Shown: positions 19,123 through 29,455 of the stretch, piece by piece | How the letters are laid out: each line of letters opens with the position of its first letter | Position numbering within the stretch: position 1 is the stretch's first letter | Virus record (IMG/VR): IMGVR_UViG_3300023119_000004 | Origin: a virus | Taxonomy: Duplodnaviria; Caudoviricetes | DNA length: 64,000 nucleotides | Reading direction: 5' to 3' (one strand) | Notes under the pieces: model-generated | What the model was told of the DNA's origin: nothing | Databases searched by the model: none | What the model saw: the letters and a program-made list of their open reading frames with translations, nothing else | Made by a program: the position numbers and the translations under genes

Positions 19123-22100
19123 TATACTCTCCCTACCACTGCTTCAATTACGCCATGTCCGGGATCGTCTTTGGCTTCTAGTGCTTTACCAATTACAGTA
19201 CCTACCTTAGCATTATTGTTTGCTATTGCAAATCCTGGAATACTTGCTGAAACTAACAAGTCTCCTTTCTTAACAATACCAACAACCTTAACTGGAGTAC
19301 GTCCTTGTAAAGCAACCGCTGTAACATGATTACCTTCTAACTGGCTGTTCATTAAGTGTGCAGGATTTTCTGAAACAACGCCTGCTACCCTTGTGTCGTC
19401 TTTCATCTTAGTAGTTGTAATTTCTTCTTCACCACCAAATATTAATACAGTACCTACTTCGTAATCTGCATCTGCTAGATAGTTCTCAGCCAAGTCAGCG
19501 TATCTTGCTTGTGTTGATGTTCCATCATAAACACCTGCGTAAAGTGTATTGTATCTTAATGAAGCAGTACCAATATTGTATGTGTTATTCTGACTTGGTT
19601 CAAATCCTGATGTTGTAGTTCTAAGAACCATTTCACCATCGGAAATTAATCCAATTTGTCCTGCGGCAGTATAACCTGTATTAGCACCAACTGATATACC
19701 TGTACTTGTTGCATCAAGTTCTCCTGGTGCTTCAATAAATGAACTGTGTATCCAATCTACAGCAAGTCTACTTTCACCTGCTAGTGCAGAGTTAGTTTGG
19801 AAGAATCCTTGTGTAACACCTGTGTTACCAATATTAACGCTTCCTGGAATTTCAACTGTTGGTGTAACTGTACCTGCTGATGAAAGGAATAATGCACCAC
19901 CAGGTGTAGTAAATTGAATTTCAGTACCACTAGTATCTGCAATCAAGTAACCATCAATCTTAAGTCCTTGCATATCAGCATTACCTAAGTTGTCAGTTTT
20001 AATTAATGAATTAATTGCACCAGTTGTTGTAACATTCTCTTGTACACCGCCACCTTCGTTAACGATTGTAGTAAATGGAATTTCTGTAACATCACCTGAA
20101 CTTGAATCACCACTTGCTCTACCTAGTGCAGTACCATCAGCAATATTAATAATTTTTCTGTAGTCTAATGCACCATTGTCAATAGTAATCCAGCCATTAT
20201 CTGCTGTAAAGATATCACTATCGAAACTAGCAACACCTAGGTCATTTTGTGTAATGCCTGTTGCGTTTGCTCTTGTACTTGCATTGTTAAGAGCAAGTTT
20301 AGTTTGTTGAATACCTGCGGCAGAATTAACGTCTGCATCAATAATACTGTCTGGTGCAATTCTGTATTCTACAGTTGCTCCATTAGCATCTCTCGATACT
20401 ACAATGTTAATATCACTTGCGGCATCTTCAACTAAGTTTGCCCATTCAAAGTGTGGACCGTCTTCCATCTGTGCCGAAACACCGCCGGTTGTTGTAATAA
20501 TATCTTGAGTATTAAATGTTCCACTTGCAGGAGTGTAAACTAACAAGTTGTAATTAACACCACCTACTGTAACATTTTCTACTGTAAGAATTGTACCAGT
20601 AGCATTTGTAAAGTTACCTGTAATAACATCGCCTGCTTGGAAGTTACCACCAATTGCTGGTTGTGTGTAAATTCTATATTTGCCTGTTGAACCAATTAAC
20701 TGATCAACATCTAAGTTGTTAAATTCAGTATCAACTAGTTCGCCAATTGTATCACCTTCTTTAATTAATCCATCAACATAAGATTTAGTTGCGGCATCCT
20801 GAGCACCTTGTGGATCACTTAGTGATTCAATTCTGTATCCACCAGCATTCAAGTTACCTGTCATTGATGTAGTACCATCACGTGCTAGTACACCTGGACC
20901 AATAATATTTGGATTTATATTTCCACCGTGGTCAAATCCTAAACGTCTAGTAACATAACCACGCACCGCTGATTCAACTGGAACTGTATCAGTTGAGTTG
21001 TCAGTCATGCCGTCATCGGCACTAAATTCTGCTACAACAACACCACGTTTAAATCCAATACCGTCCAAGTTACTTAATGCAATTGAAGCACTAAATGTAA
21101 CTGTACCAGTACCTTGGTCAACTGTAAAGAATCTACCTACGCGGAAGAAACCATCTTGGTCAGTTGATACGTAGAAACATCTACCTTTATCTCTTTCATC
21201 AACTTCTCTGTCTTGGTCTTTAGGTTGTGTTGCTTCACCTAGTACAACGTTCGGGAAGTTAGAAGTATTATAACCACCAGTACCAATATTTAGGAAGTCG
21301 TGTCCTGTTGCTCTACATAGTGAAATGTTAACAGTAATGTTACCACCTTCACCTGCGGCTAAACCTGCTCTTAGTGTTACGTTATTAGTTGCATTAACAA
21401 CAGTACTGTTTAGACCTGTACCAGCATAACTAGCATTAACGTTTGTACCAGCAACATCAGTAATTTGAATAGTACCATAACCAACACGTTGAGTATAATT
21501 TGTAATTTGATGTAGTTTACCATCCCAGGCAAAAATCATATCACCTGCGTTCAATCTATCAAGCACAGGTTGTGATAAGATACTAACAACAGCAATAACA
21601 ACGTCACCCTGTGTAGCACCCATTGTTGTTCCTACGCCTGCATAGGTATTAGTTGCGGCATTAGTATTATCAACAACTAGTTTAATGTATTCATATGGCG
21701 AATCAAATCTAGTAATCTTTTCTGTTCCTGGTAATGCATTACCTAACGCATCTGTTGTTCCAAATGATAATGTTCTATAAACTTTACCTGGGTTTTGGTC
21801 AAATATCAATGCTGAACTTGGTCTTGAACTTACTGACTCAACACCATCAATATGATGCGACAAGTTCATTCTAATCATACCAATTGAACCATCTACTGGA
21901 ACTGCTTTAAGTCCTGTTGTACTTGTACTATCTGTACCAGTTGTAGCAAGGTTTAATCTATAAACTGTGCCGTCAATGTATGCACTAGATTCAATCTGTC
22001 CTGTGTTTTGTACAGTTGTAATTTCGTAACGTGTTGTTCCTAATTGTCCACCATGGTCAATTTCAACTTCTGAGTTTGCTAGTGGTACAAATGGCAATTC

Positions 22101-25100
22101 GTACACATACATATAAAGTTGATCAAGAGCGTGTGTATAATCAGCACCGTCATCGTAAATTCTGATAGGACGTACCATGTCATGTTTAGTAGTAATAATG
22201 TCTGGTACTTCGTTTGGATCAGAGCCAGTTGCAACTAAACCGTATTCACCATATGCGTTAGAACCGTTTAGTGATCTAATTTCACCACCTTTGTCTGCGT
22301 AGTAAGCCGCTTGACAGTAGTAAGTAAATTGTGATACAAGTTCTGATAAACCAGTGTTAGTAACAACAGTACCGTAACCTAAGTCGTTAACCTGTGTAAA
22401 GTCGTTTGCCAACATTGATCTATTACCTGGTGTTTGTAATACAATGTGTGTTGGTAGTGGTTCACTAAATCCTGCACCACTGTTTGATGTTGGATCAAGT
22501 AATAGTGTAGCAGTACCTGCCTGCTGATCGTAATTTGTAAATGAGTTAACTTGGTAACGTTTACCTTGAATATAGAACGGACAAGGAACGTTTGGTTTCT
22601 TAATTCGTAAGCCTTCGCCTAATGCACTCTGTACGTTAATGCTGTATGCATTGTTAATGCCAGTTACAACAGTTCTCAAGTTACCAACGAAACCGTCGAT
22701 AAACATACCACCAGCAAACGTTTGTTTGTTTACTGATTTACTAAACGATGTACCAGTTTGCATATAAGGTGATTTAGTAAGCACAATACCTTCTGGATCT
22801 AGTACTGCCATAAATCCACCGTGTCCAGTAACACTCATATTTCTTAAGATAGTTGTGTCGTTCATTAAGAACACATCCATCTCATCGTTGTTCTTAGGTG
22901 GATTATAATCACTATCAAATGCGTATAATATTGATGTAATAAAGTTACTTACGATTGTTTGTACTGCTGTCGAAGATGCAATAACATTAGTATTGATGTA
23001 AGTTGCAATGTGTTGCATACCAGAACGACAGTCTGCGTCAATACCTGTTTGATTCCAGAACTTGCCTTGCATAGTAAGAACATTTTCTCTACCACCTTTG
23101 CGTAAGTCTGCAACAATAGCATCAACAATGTACCCTGTATCTCTTCTGCTCTTTGTTTCTTCAGTACCTGTTAGAACTCCAAGTGCATTAATGTGTGTAA
23201 CAACAGCGTCTTGGATATCTGATTTTGCTTCTGCAATAGCACTTGCTTCTGTATTATATCCGCCAGCATTAGTATATGAAGGACCAATGTCTGTTACAGA
23301 AGTATGATCTCTTAAGTAATGATAACCATAACTAGTTGAATCGAGTGCAGGTAAAACAGATAGACCATTTTGAATAACATTACTAATGATACCCATTAAT
23401 GTATCTACTTGTGTAGACGCCGCCGCTTCGCCGTTTGTACCAGAAATTGTTTGTGTAGTTTTAGACTGTAAAGATCCGTATGCAGTATTTGTTAAAATAT
23501 AATCTGTTACTAAATCTCTTGTAAAGTCAATTGCCGCCGCAGTTTGCCCTTCTTGTCCATTAATTAAACTTGAAGTACCTTCATAATAGCGTGAAGCATT
23601 AAAATGTGTCTTTTCATTTCCACCCCATTTTAGATCATAAATGATACCATCTAAAATAAGTCCTGTATCTCTTTCACATTTCTGTGCATCGTACGTAAAC
23701 CCTGACCAAATTCCTGTGTTTAAAGATATTTGGTAATTAATCCAAGCAATAGTTTCGTCTTTAATATATTCTTTATTATCTTCTAATAGTGAAATAGCAT
23801 CTGGATTGTAAGATGCTTTTAAATCCAATCCGTCAAACTCGGGCTCTCTATAGAAGTATGTTTCTGCCCAACGTGACTGTGAAACACCATCTTTTGGTTT
23901 AACAATAACACGTCTAAATTCGTCACCTTTTAGTGAAACACCTACTGGAACTTTAATTGGGAAGTGTTCAAAGTAAGTTCCACTTTCAATGTGGATACTA
24001 ATATTCTTAATTGTTAATCTACTGCCATATTGTAATTCTTCACCAACAACAAATTCTTTTGGTTCTAATAATTCAAGTTCAATAATATCAGCAACACCAA
24101 CATCACCGTCTCTGTCAACAGACACAATTCTACCAACTGCACCTGACTGCTTACCAATAATAAGTTTACCTGGAATTAAGTCTTGGTTTGTAACAACGTT
24201 TTGATCAACATAACCTTGTCCGCCATGTGAAATGTGTATTGTCCAAGTACTACCTTCAACAAGTTGTGGAGCCGCTGTTTTATAATCAGGACCAACAATA
24301 ATAGTTTTAATAATATCCCATTTAGCACCAACTGATGTTTGACCAACTAGATCGACAGTTTGGTTAGTGTCAACTTGTTGTGTATATGTAGATTGGTAAA
24401 GATTTGTTTCTAGTGTATTAGTAATAATTTTTGCGTGTAACTGTTTTGCAAAGTTAAGAGAAGCAATAGTTTCTGTTAACTGAGTTCTTCTTGCAATTTG
24501 ACCACTTGCTGAACTGTAGTATCTTAAACCAGCATTTCTACTGTGGTAGTTTGCAAGTGTGCTATCAAGAACATCAAGAACAATACCATCTGCAATAAGT
24601 CCTAGGTCTCTGCGGCATAGTTCTCTATCATATAACAACGATGGATATGTTTCATCGAGATATGCAATAGTTTCTTCAATTAAGAATTTTCTGTTTAGGT
24701 CTGTTAGAATTTTAACTTCTTCGTAACCGCTTGATGTAGTAACACCCGAATCTGTAACAAGACTTTTTCCTGCACCATTATTGTATGTAATGTCTTGTAC
24801 ATATGGTCCAACGCCCAATGGTGAAGTATCAATAATTTCTTCTGCTTTAGCACAGGCCGCCGCCAGTGTTTTGTAAGCATAGTTCCATGCTCTACCTTCT
24901 TGACCAACTGGAACATTAGCCATGCTGTCGTCACCACTTGTTGCAACATATAAATTAGCAACGGATGGAAACGCACTATTGTCTACATAAAGTTTTGTAG
25001 CCGCTTGTAAATCTGTTTCACCATTTGGTGTACCTGCACCTGCAAATGAACCTGGATGATCATGTAATGTTAATGCACCAACCATTGTGTCGCCTTGTCT

Positions 25101-25994
25101 ACGAACAACACTTTGTCTTGGCATTGCTTCTGTACTAATAAAGAAGCCTTGTAAACTTGAATCATACTCGGCATCAGTCATTGACTGCGTACCAGTACCT
25201 GTTCCTGTAGTTAAACTAATTTTAACTCTAGTTTCGTCGTCGTTATTTTGTGCTTCATCAAGAGTTGTATGAACACTTAATTGTGTGTCACTTACAAAGC
25301 GTAAGTAATATGTATTACCACTAACTAAACCAGTTGCATCAGTTCCTGTTGAATTATACTTGTATGCAATACCATTTGATGTAGAAGTAAATCCGTGTCC
25401 ACCATTAACAACAATATTACCATTTGCGTAACTGCTAATTACAAAAGTATAACTTGAAGCATCGGCAGGCTCTGTACGTACACGAACTTGTCCTTCAGCA
25501 CCTGGTGACCCAGCACTTCTTAAAAATCTACTATCTGCATACCCTTTGGTAATTACAAGATCATCAATATCAAAGTTAGTACCATGTGCAGAGTTTAACG
25601 AGTTTACAGCGGCTTGTGAAACTGCCGCGTTAGCAATAGCCTGGTTTGCCGCATTTAGAGGACCACCTAAACTTGGAACACCGTCTGTACTAACAACTGA
25701 ACTTGTATTTGAAATAACAATCTGTTCTGGACTTGTTGTTTGGATTGTCATACCTTGGCCAGCAACCAAAGTCTTCATTTCAATTGCACTACCTTGTGCG
25801 TTTGCCATTGGTACTGTATATGGTGTTAATACTGACGGAACATCACTTAAACTTGTAAAGTTAATTTGTCCACCGATACCAAATACTGCGTATAGTTCTG
25901 TAAAGTTTTCGTTTACTTTATTAAACGCTTCACGTATCGCGTCACCGGTATTATCGTTACCCTCTGTACCAATGTTAATAATCTGTTTTGCCAT
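19122..25994 (-). CDS. 2290-aa virion structural / tail protein (VrlC-like)
   Basis: gp9/gp10-like N-terminus; repeated CxRDxGxIxDxIxxD helical units; DAATKSYVD motifs; C-terminal RYADLAENY...GTVIGKALE domain. Confidence 0.75.
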   Translation of the reverse strand: MAKQIINIGTEGNDNTGDAIREAFNKVNENFTELYAVFGIGGQINFTSLSDVPSVLTPYTVPMANAQGSAIEMKTLVAGQGMTIQTTSPEQIVISNTSSVVSTDGVPSLGGPLNAANQAIANAAVSQAAVNSLNSAHGTNFDIDDLVITKGYADSRFLRSAGSPGAEGQVRVRTEPADASSYTFVISSYANGNIVVNGGHGFTSTSNGIAYKYNSTGTDATGLVSGNTYYLRFVSDTQLSVHTTLDEAQNNDDETRVKISLTTGTGTGTQSMTDAEYDSSLQGFFISTEAMPRQSVVRRQGDTMVGALTLHDHPGSFAGAGTPNGETDLQAATKLYVDNSAFPSVANLYVATSGDDSMANVPVGQEGRAWNYAYKTLAAACAKAEEIIDTSPLGVGPYVQDITYNNGAGKSLVTDSGVTTSSGYEEVKILTDLNRKFLIEETIAYLDETYPSLLYDRELCRRDLGLIADGIVLDVLDSTLANYHSRNAGLRYYSSASGQIARRTQLTETIASLNFAKQLHAKIITNTLETNLYQSTYTQQVDTNQTVDLVGQTSVGAKWDIIKTIIVGPDYKTAAPQLVEGSTWTIHISHGGQGYVDQNVVTNQDLIPGKLIIGKQSGAVGRIVSVDRDGDVGVADIIELELLEPKEFVVGEELQYGSRLTIKNISIHIESGTYFEHFPIKVPVGVSLKGDEFRRVIVKPKDGVSQSRWAETYFYREPEFDGLDLKASYNPDAISLLEDNKEYIKDETIAWINYQISLNTGIWSGFTYDAQKCERDTGLILDGIIYDLKWGGNEKTHFNASRYYEGTSSLINGQEGQTAAAIDFTRDLVTDYILTNTAYGSLQSKTTQTISGTNGEAAASTQVDTLMGIISNVIQNGLSVLPALDSTSYGYHYLRDHTSVTDIGPSYTNAGGYNTEASAIAEAKSDIQDAVVTHINALGVLTGTEETKSRRDTGYIVDAIVADLRKGGRENVLTMQGKFWNQTGIDADCRSGMQHIATYINTNVIASSTAVQTIVSNFITSILYAFDSDYNPPKNNDEMDVFLMNDTTILRNMSVTGHGGFMAVLDPEGIVLTKSPYMQTGTSFSKSVNKQTFAGGMFIDGFVGNLRTVVTGINNAYSINVQSALGEGLRIKKPNVPCPFYIQGKRYQVNSFTNYDQQAGTATLLLDPTSNSGAGFSEPLPTHIVLQTPGNRSMLANDFTQVNDLGYGTVVTNTGLSELVSQFTYYCQAAYYADKGGEIRSLNGSNAYGEYGLVATGSDPNEVPDIITTKHDMVRPIRIYDDGADYTHALDQLYMYVYELPFVPLANSEVEIDHGGQLGTTRYEITTVQNTGQIESSAYIDGTVYRLNLATTGTDSTSTTGLKAVPVDGSIGMIRMNLSHHIDGVESVSSRPSSALIFDQNPGKVYRTLSFGTTDALGNALPGTEKITRFDSPYEYIKLVVDNTNAATNTYAGVGTTMGATQGDVVIAVVSILSQPVLDRLNAGDMIFAWDGKLHQITNYTQRVGYGTIQITDVAGTNVNASYAGTGLNSTVVNATNNVTLRAGLAAGEGGNITVNISLCRATGHDFLNIGTGGYNTSNFPNVVLGEATQPKDQDREVDERDKGRCFYVSTDQDGFFRVGRFFTVDQGTGTVTFSASIALSNLDGIGFKRGVVVAEFSADDGMTDNSTDTVPVESAVRGYVTRRLGFDHGGNINPNIIGPGVLARDGTTSMTGNLNAGGYRIESLSDPQGAQDAATKSYVDGLIKEGDTIGELVDTEFNNLDVDQLIGSTGKYRIYTQPAIGGNFQAGDVITGNFTNATGTILTVENVTVGGVNYNLLVYTPASGTFNTQDIITTTGGVSAQMEDGPHFEWANLVEDAASDINIVVSRDANGATVEYRIAPDSIIDADVNSAAGIQQTKLALNNASTRANATGITQNDLGVASFDSDIFTADNGWITIDNGALDYRKIINIADGTALGRASGDSSSGDVTEIPFTTIVNEGGGVQENVTTTGAINSLIKTDNLGNADMQGLKIDGYLIADTSGTEIQFTTPGGALFLSSAGTVTPTVEIPGSVNIGNTGVTQGFFQTNSALAGESRLAVDWIHSSFIEAPGELDATSTGISVGANTGYTAAGQIGLISDGEMVLRTTTSGFEPSQNNTYNIGTASLRYNTLYAGVYDGTSTQARYADLAENYLADADYEVGTVLIFGGEEEITTTKMKDDTRVAGVVSENPAHLMNSQLEGNHVTAVALQGRTPVKVVGIVKKGDLLVSASIPGFAIANNNAKVGTVIGKALEAKDDPGHGVIEAVVGRV

Positions 25995-26003
25995 TTGCTA
26001 TTC

Positions 26004-26327
26004 CTAAAGTCCTATTGATTCCCCACAACCGCAACTTGATGTTGAAGCAGGATTTGTAATGTTGAAGTAAGATCCAAATAATTCTTTTTTGTAATCAACT
26101 GTTGATCCTATCAAATACATAATACTTGTACTATCTATAGCAAACTTGCCATTTTCTAGATCAATTACTTCATCGTTATCTTCTAGCGTGTCCTCTAATG
26201 ACCAATCATACATGAATCCTGCACAGCCACCACCTTTTAAGGATAGTTTTACGGCTGGTTTTTGATGCTCTTTAAGCATACTGTTTAGATGTTCTTTTGC
26301 AGAATCAGTTAATGTTACTACTGTCAT
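26004..26327 (-). CDS. iscA: HesB/IscA A-type Fe-S cluster carrier
   Basis: GGGCAG and CGCGES motifs. Confidence 0.92.
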   Translation of the reverse strand: MTVVTLTDSAKEHLNSMLKEHQKPAVKLSLKGGGCAGFMYDWSLEDTLEDNDEVIDLENGKFAIDSTSIMYLIGSTVDYKKELFGSYFNITNPASTSSCGCGESIGL

Positions 26328-26379
26328 TTTTAAAACCTCTCATTGTTATTTACCTTTATTTCTATAATCTTAATGTAAT

Positions 26380-26387
26380 TATAAATA
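26380..26387 (+). promoter_or_regulatory. T4-late consensus promoter TATAAATA
   Basis: Exact T4 late -10 box just upstream of plus-strand ORF 26396. Confidence 0.65.
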
Positions 26388-26395
26388 TATGTGTT

Positions 26396-26686
26396 ATGTT
26401 TTTAAGAACCGAGCAAAAAATTCAGTACTACCTACGTAAAGGTAAGAAGGGTCAGCACCATCCTTATAAACGTAAGAAGACGATTGTGTTCTTCGAATGT
26501 GATAATTGTCACGAAGAATTTACCCGTGACAAAGGACAAGTAGATCCTAAACGTTTAAATGATGATTATTCACACGTTTGCCCTAAGTGTGATCCTAAAA
26601 GATTTGCACAGAAAAAAGGTGTGCAACAACGAAAGAAATTAAACTTGCCTGTAGATAGTATGGACGTTGACATTAGCAGTCTATAA
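26396..26686 (+). CDS. Basic zinc-ribbon protein
   Basis: CDNC and CPKC pairs; start moved to the ATG at 26396. Confidence 0.65.
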   Translation: MFLRTEQKIQYYLRKGKKGQHHPYKRKKTIVFFECDNCHEEFTRDKGQVDPKRLNDDYSHVCPKCDPKRFAQKKGVQQRKKLNLPVDSMDVDISSL

Positions 26687-26714
26687 CTTTTTAATGCCAA
26701 CTCCATTTAACTAA

Positions 26715-26879
26715 TTATTCGGACTTCCAAATAGTCCAAGCACCGTATGCGATTGCCCCGTATGCGAATAGAGCCGCGATAGGTTTAAAAATAAGAAAAG
26801 TTAGTCCGGCTACTACTAATACTACACCGTCTAATGTTGTACGCTCTTTTAAACGAGCATTAATCCATTTTTGTAACAT
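26715..26879 (-). CDS. 54-aa membrane protein; not in ORF track
   Basis: Hand translation MLQKWINARLKERTTLDGVVLVVAGLTFLIFKPIAALFAYGAIAYGAWTIWKSE; GGAG RBS; TATAAATA upstream. Confidence 0.7.
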   Translation of the reverse strand: MLQKWINARLKERTTLDGVVLVVAGLTFLIFKPIAALFAYGAIAYGAWTIWKSE

Positions 26880-26902
26880 AAGTATCTCCTTTTGTGTAGA
26901 AA

Positions 26903-26910
26903 TATTTATA
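26903..26910 (-). promoter_or_regulatory. T4-late consensus promoter TATAAATA
   Basis: Exact motif upstream of 26715..26879. Confidence 0.7.
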
Positions 26911-27930
26911 TTAGATAGATTCGTACAATTTAATGCTGGCTAAGTTTTTGGCTTTAGATTCTACCATAATATCTGCACGATCACGGAATGAAAGAGCCCA
27001 TTCGTTAACTGCCGAATTCCACATAAAGTCGGAGTGAGCACGTAGTTTCTGCTTCTTATAACCGTTCATAAGCAGATATTCCATATCAGGCATTTCATCT
27101 GTAGGCCATTCTGTAAGTAGATCTTCACGTGATACTGAGTAGTGAATAACAGGACGCACACCACGCCAACTATCAATTATGCGATCAAATCTACGATCGG
27201 TGGGTTGAATGTATTCTCCACTAGCGACCCAGTGGTGGTGTATGTCAAGAACGAGTGCGACGTGGTTGGCAAGTTCCAGGCTGGCGTCGATGCCCCAGGA
27301 CATTTCGTCATTTTCAATTGTAATACAGTTTCGTGCTTCTGGAGACAGTCTTGGAAGGACGTCGATGATACCGGCTGGACCTTGTCTGCCTGAGATGTGG
27401 ACGTTACACTTGAAGTCTTGCCAATTGTTACCGTAACCCATCCACCTGGCGATGTCAATGTGATACTCAAATTCTTCTATGCTCCGTTCAACGATATCAG
27501 GATTATCTGACGCAAGTACAGTAAACTGACCAGGATGCATAGAAAGCCTAACATCCAGTTCACGAGCCTTTGCGCCGACGTGAGCCAAGTTCCTTTCACA
27601 ATATTGTCGTACATCAGGCTTGCGCCAGAAATAACTCCAAGTAGGCTCAGTATAAACAGGTAGGACGTCACTTCCCAACCTAACCATACGTAATTCATTC
27701 GGTAGTCCTCCTACATAGTTAACAAGGTTCCAATAACTTTGTATGTTATGAACCATAATGTCCCATAGACGCTGTTCAGCAACATCACGTGTTTGCCTAT
27801 TCAACCAAGCAACAGTTGTTGCTTTTGTATTTAACGGTCGTTGAATCTCCTCTAGCAGTTTCTTCTTCTGCGTTTGATCAGGATGCATATATTTGCAGGC
27901 AAAGCCTATACGTTTCGTAGTCGATTCCAT
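26911..27930 (-). CDS. uvsE: UV damage endonuclease UvsE/UVDE
   Basis: RIGFAC, RLSMHPGQFTVL, TIENDE, LDIHHH, HYS, LRAHSD, MVESKAK. Confidence 0.93.
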   Translation of the reverse strand: MESTTKRIGFACKYMHPDQTQKKKLLEEIQRPLNTKATTVAWLNRQTRDVAEQRLWDIMVHNIQSYWNLVNYVGGLPNELRMVRLGSDVLPVYTEPTWSYFWRKPDVRQYCERNLAHVGAKARELDVRLSMHPGQFTVLASDNPDIVERSIEEFEYHIDIARWMGYGNNWQDFKCNVHISGRQGPAGIIDVLPRLSPEARNCITIENDEMSWGIDASLELANHVALVLDIHHHWVASGEYIQPTDRRFDRIIDSWRGVRPVIHYSVSREDLLTEWPTDEMPDMEYLLMNGYKKQKLRAHSDFMWNSAVNEWALSFRDRADIMVESKAKNLASIKLYESI

Positions 27931-28607
27931 GTGTCTTCCCAGTTTTTAATATTATAGCAAATTCCTAGATCGTTGTCAATGATTTGTTTTTTCAAAGGAT
28001 AGTCATTTCCTTCAGGATACATAGCATCACCAAAAAAGTGTAGTGTATCATTTGGACTAAAATCTCTTAAGATTTGTGATTTGTCATTGCCTTTTGGAAA
28101 AACATCAATGCCTGTTTCACCGCCAACCTTAGCACTTATCTCTGGGAACATAGTTTCGAACGCTCTTGCTATTCTATCTCGTTCGTTTATCCTTAAATCA
28201 TGCTCTACATATAGTTTACGTTCACCCACAGTAGCATTACGTCCTACTACACTAAAATTACACATACCAGGTCTATGCTCAAAGTGTAGTCCTGTACGTA
28301 GTGGGAATTCGCTTTCGTTCATGCATTGTGTTAAAAACTGTTCTGCTATTTCAGGTAATTTCCAATCTGTTGTATAAACATTAGTTCCTGCTTCGTAAAC
28401 ATCACTGCCTGAACAGTTGTAAACTTTTTTAACATTTTCGCAAATGTCAGAACCAATTTGTTCAACAGTTTTTTCGTAATCACTGCCTGTTACAAGATAT
28501 ACATTATTTGAATATGTAAATTCTAAAAACCAACGTTGAAACTCAACGTTCATTTTTTGACGACTCGGAGTCAGAGTACCGTCCACGTCAAATATGAATC
28601 TTTCCAT
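27906..28607 (-). CDS. HAD-superfamily phosphomannomutase (eukaryotic PMM type)
   Basis: FDVDGTLTPSR, TGSD, NFSVVGRNA, GGETGIDVFP, FFGD...GND. Confidence 0.85.
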   Translation of the reverse strand: MERFIFDVDGTLTPSRQKMNVEFQRWFLEFTYSNNVYLVTGSDYEKTVEQIGSDICENVKKVYNCSGSDVYEAGTNVYTTDWKLPEIAEQFLTQCMNESEFPLRTGLHFEHRPGMCNFSVVGRNATVGERKLYVEHDLRINERDRIARAFETMFPEISAKVGGETGIDVFPKGNDKSQILRDFSPNDTLHFFGDAMYPEGNDYPLKKQIIDNDLGICYNIKNWEDTWNRLRNV

Positions 28608-28760
28608 TTACTGCTTTTTCCTTACTTGTGGCTTAGGTTTACGTTCTTGCGGTTTTTCTAAAATGTTACGAATTGTATAAAGTTGTTCAATAACATCTTC
28701 AACTAGGTCTATGTCACTTGGCTTGTCTGTATCAAGATCAAGTTCTATTTTAATTTTCAT
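28608..28760 (-). CDS. 50-aa hypothetical protein; not in ORF track
   Basis: Hand translation MKIKIELDLDTDKPSDIDLVEDVIEQLYTIRNILEKPQERKPKPQVRKKQ; fills the gap exactly. Confidence 0.55.
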   Translation of the reverse strand: MKIKIELDLDTDKPSDIDLVEDVIEQLYTIRNILEKPQERKPKPQVRKKQ

Positions 28761-29415
28761 TTTGTTGTCCGTCTAAATATATATGAATTTTCTTTGCTCT
28801 ATCTTTTACAAGTGTTGTATAATCAGGATTAGTACTCCACTTGTTTAAAAAATCTATTTGTTTATCTATATCAAAATTGTGATCGTTAAATTGTTTTACA
28901 CGTTCTGCTCTAAATTCTGTGTAAGCCGGATGGGTGTTAATAATTCTAATCATGTCTTTAACACTTGCACATTTACTTCTATACTTTTTAACACCAAAGT
29001 CGGCATCAGGTAAGTCAATCGGTTTTAATTGAGGTACGTTAGGATCCCAGGTTCTAATGCCAAAAAGGTTATTTCCATCTCTTGCAAATCTACTTTTGCC
29101 ATAGCCTGTTTCAAGCACAGCCATTGCTATAATAATATCTCTATGAATTCTTTCTCTAGGTTCAATACCTAAGTTCCAAAAGTCAACACAACGAGCAACA
29201 CCTTTAACAAATTGTTCGTCGGTAGTATAATCAATTGCAGGTTCTAAAAATCCAAACTCAGACCATTCGTTTGCAAATGCTTTTTGCATTTTAGCAGTCC
29301 ATTTGTCTGTAATCCAATGATTAGGAAACCAAGTGCCTAGCCCAAATGTAGAAATAATCACAACTACACCTGCAAGAAAATATGTTATTTGTTTTTTGAC
29401 TTTTTTACTAATCAT
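28750..29415 (-). CDS. Membrane-anchored GH73 glucosaminidase (Bax/FlgJ-like)
   Basis: N-terminal TM; AVLETGYGKSRF, NNLFGIRT, WSTNPDY. Confidence 0.85.
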   Translation of the reverse strand: MISKKVKKQITYFLAGVVVIISTFGLGTWFPNHWITDKWTAKMQKAFANEWSEFGFLEPAIDYTTDEQFVKGVARCVDFWNLGIEPRERIHRDIIIAMAVLETGYGKSRFARDGNNLFGIRTWDPNVPQLKPIDLPDADFGVKKYRSKCASVKDMIRIINTHPAYTEFRAERVKQFNDHNFDIDKQIDFLNKWSTNPDYTTLVKDRAKKIHIYLDGQQNEN

Positions 29416-29423
29416 ATGACTAT

Positions 29424-29452
29424 ATTATAACTAACTTTGTTTGAAAAGTCAA
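29424..29452 (-). promoter_or_regulatory. Sigma70-type early promoter TTGACT-17-TATAAT
   Basis: Consensus-like hexamers upstream of the GH73 gene. Confidence 0.85.
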
Positions 29453-29455
29453 GTC

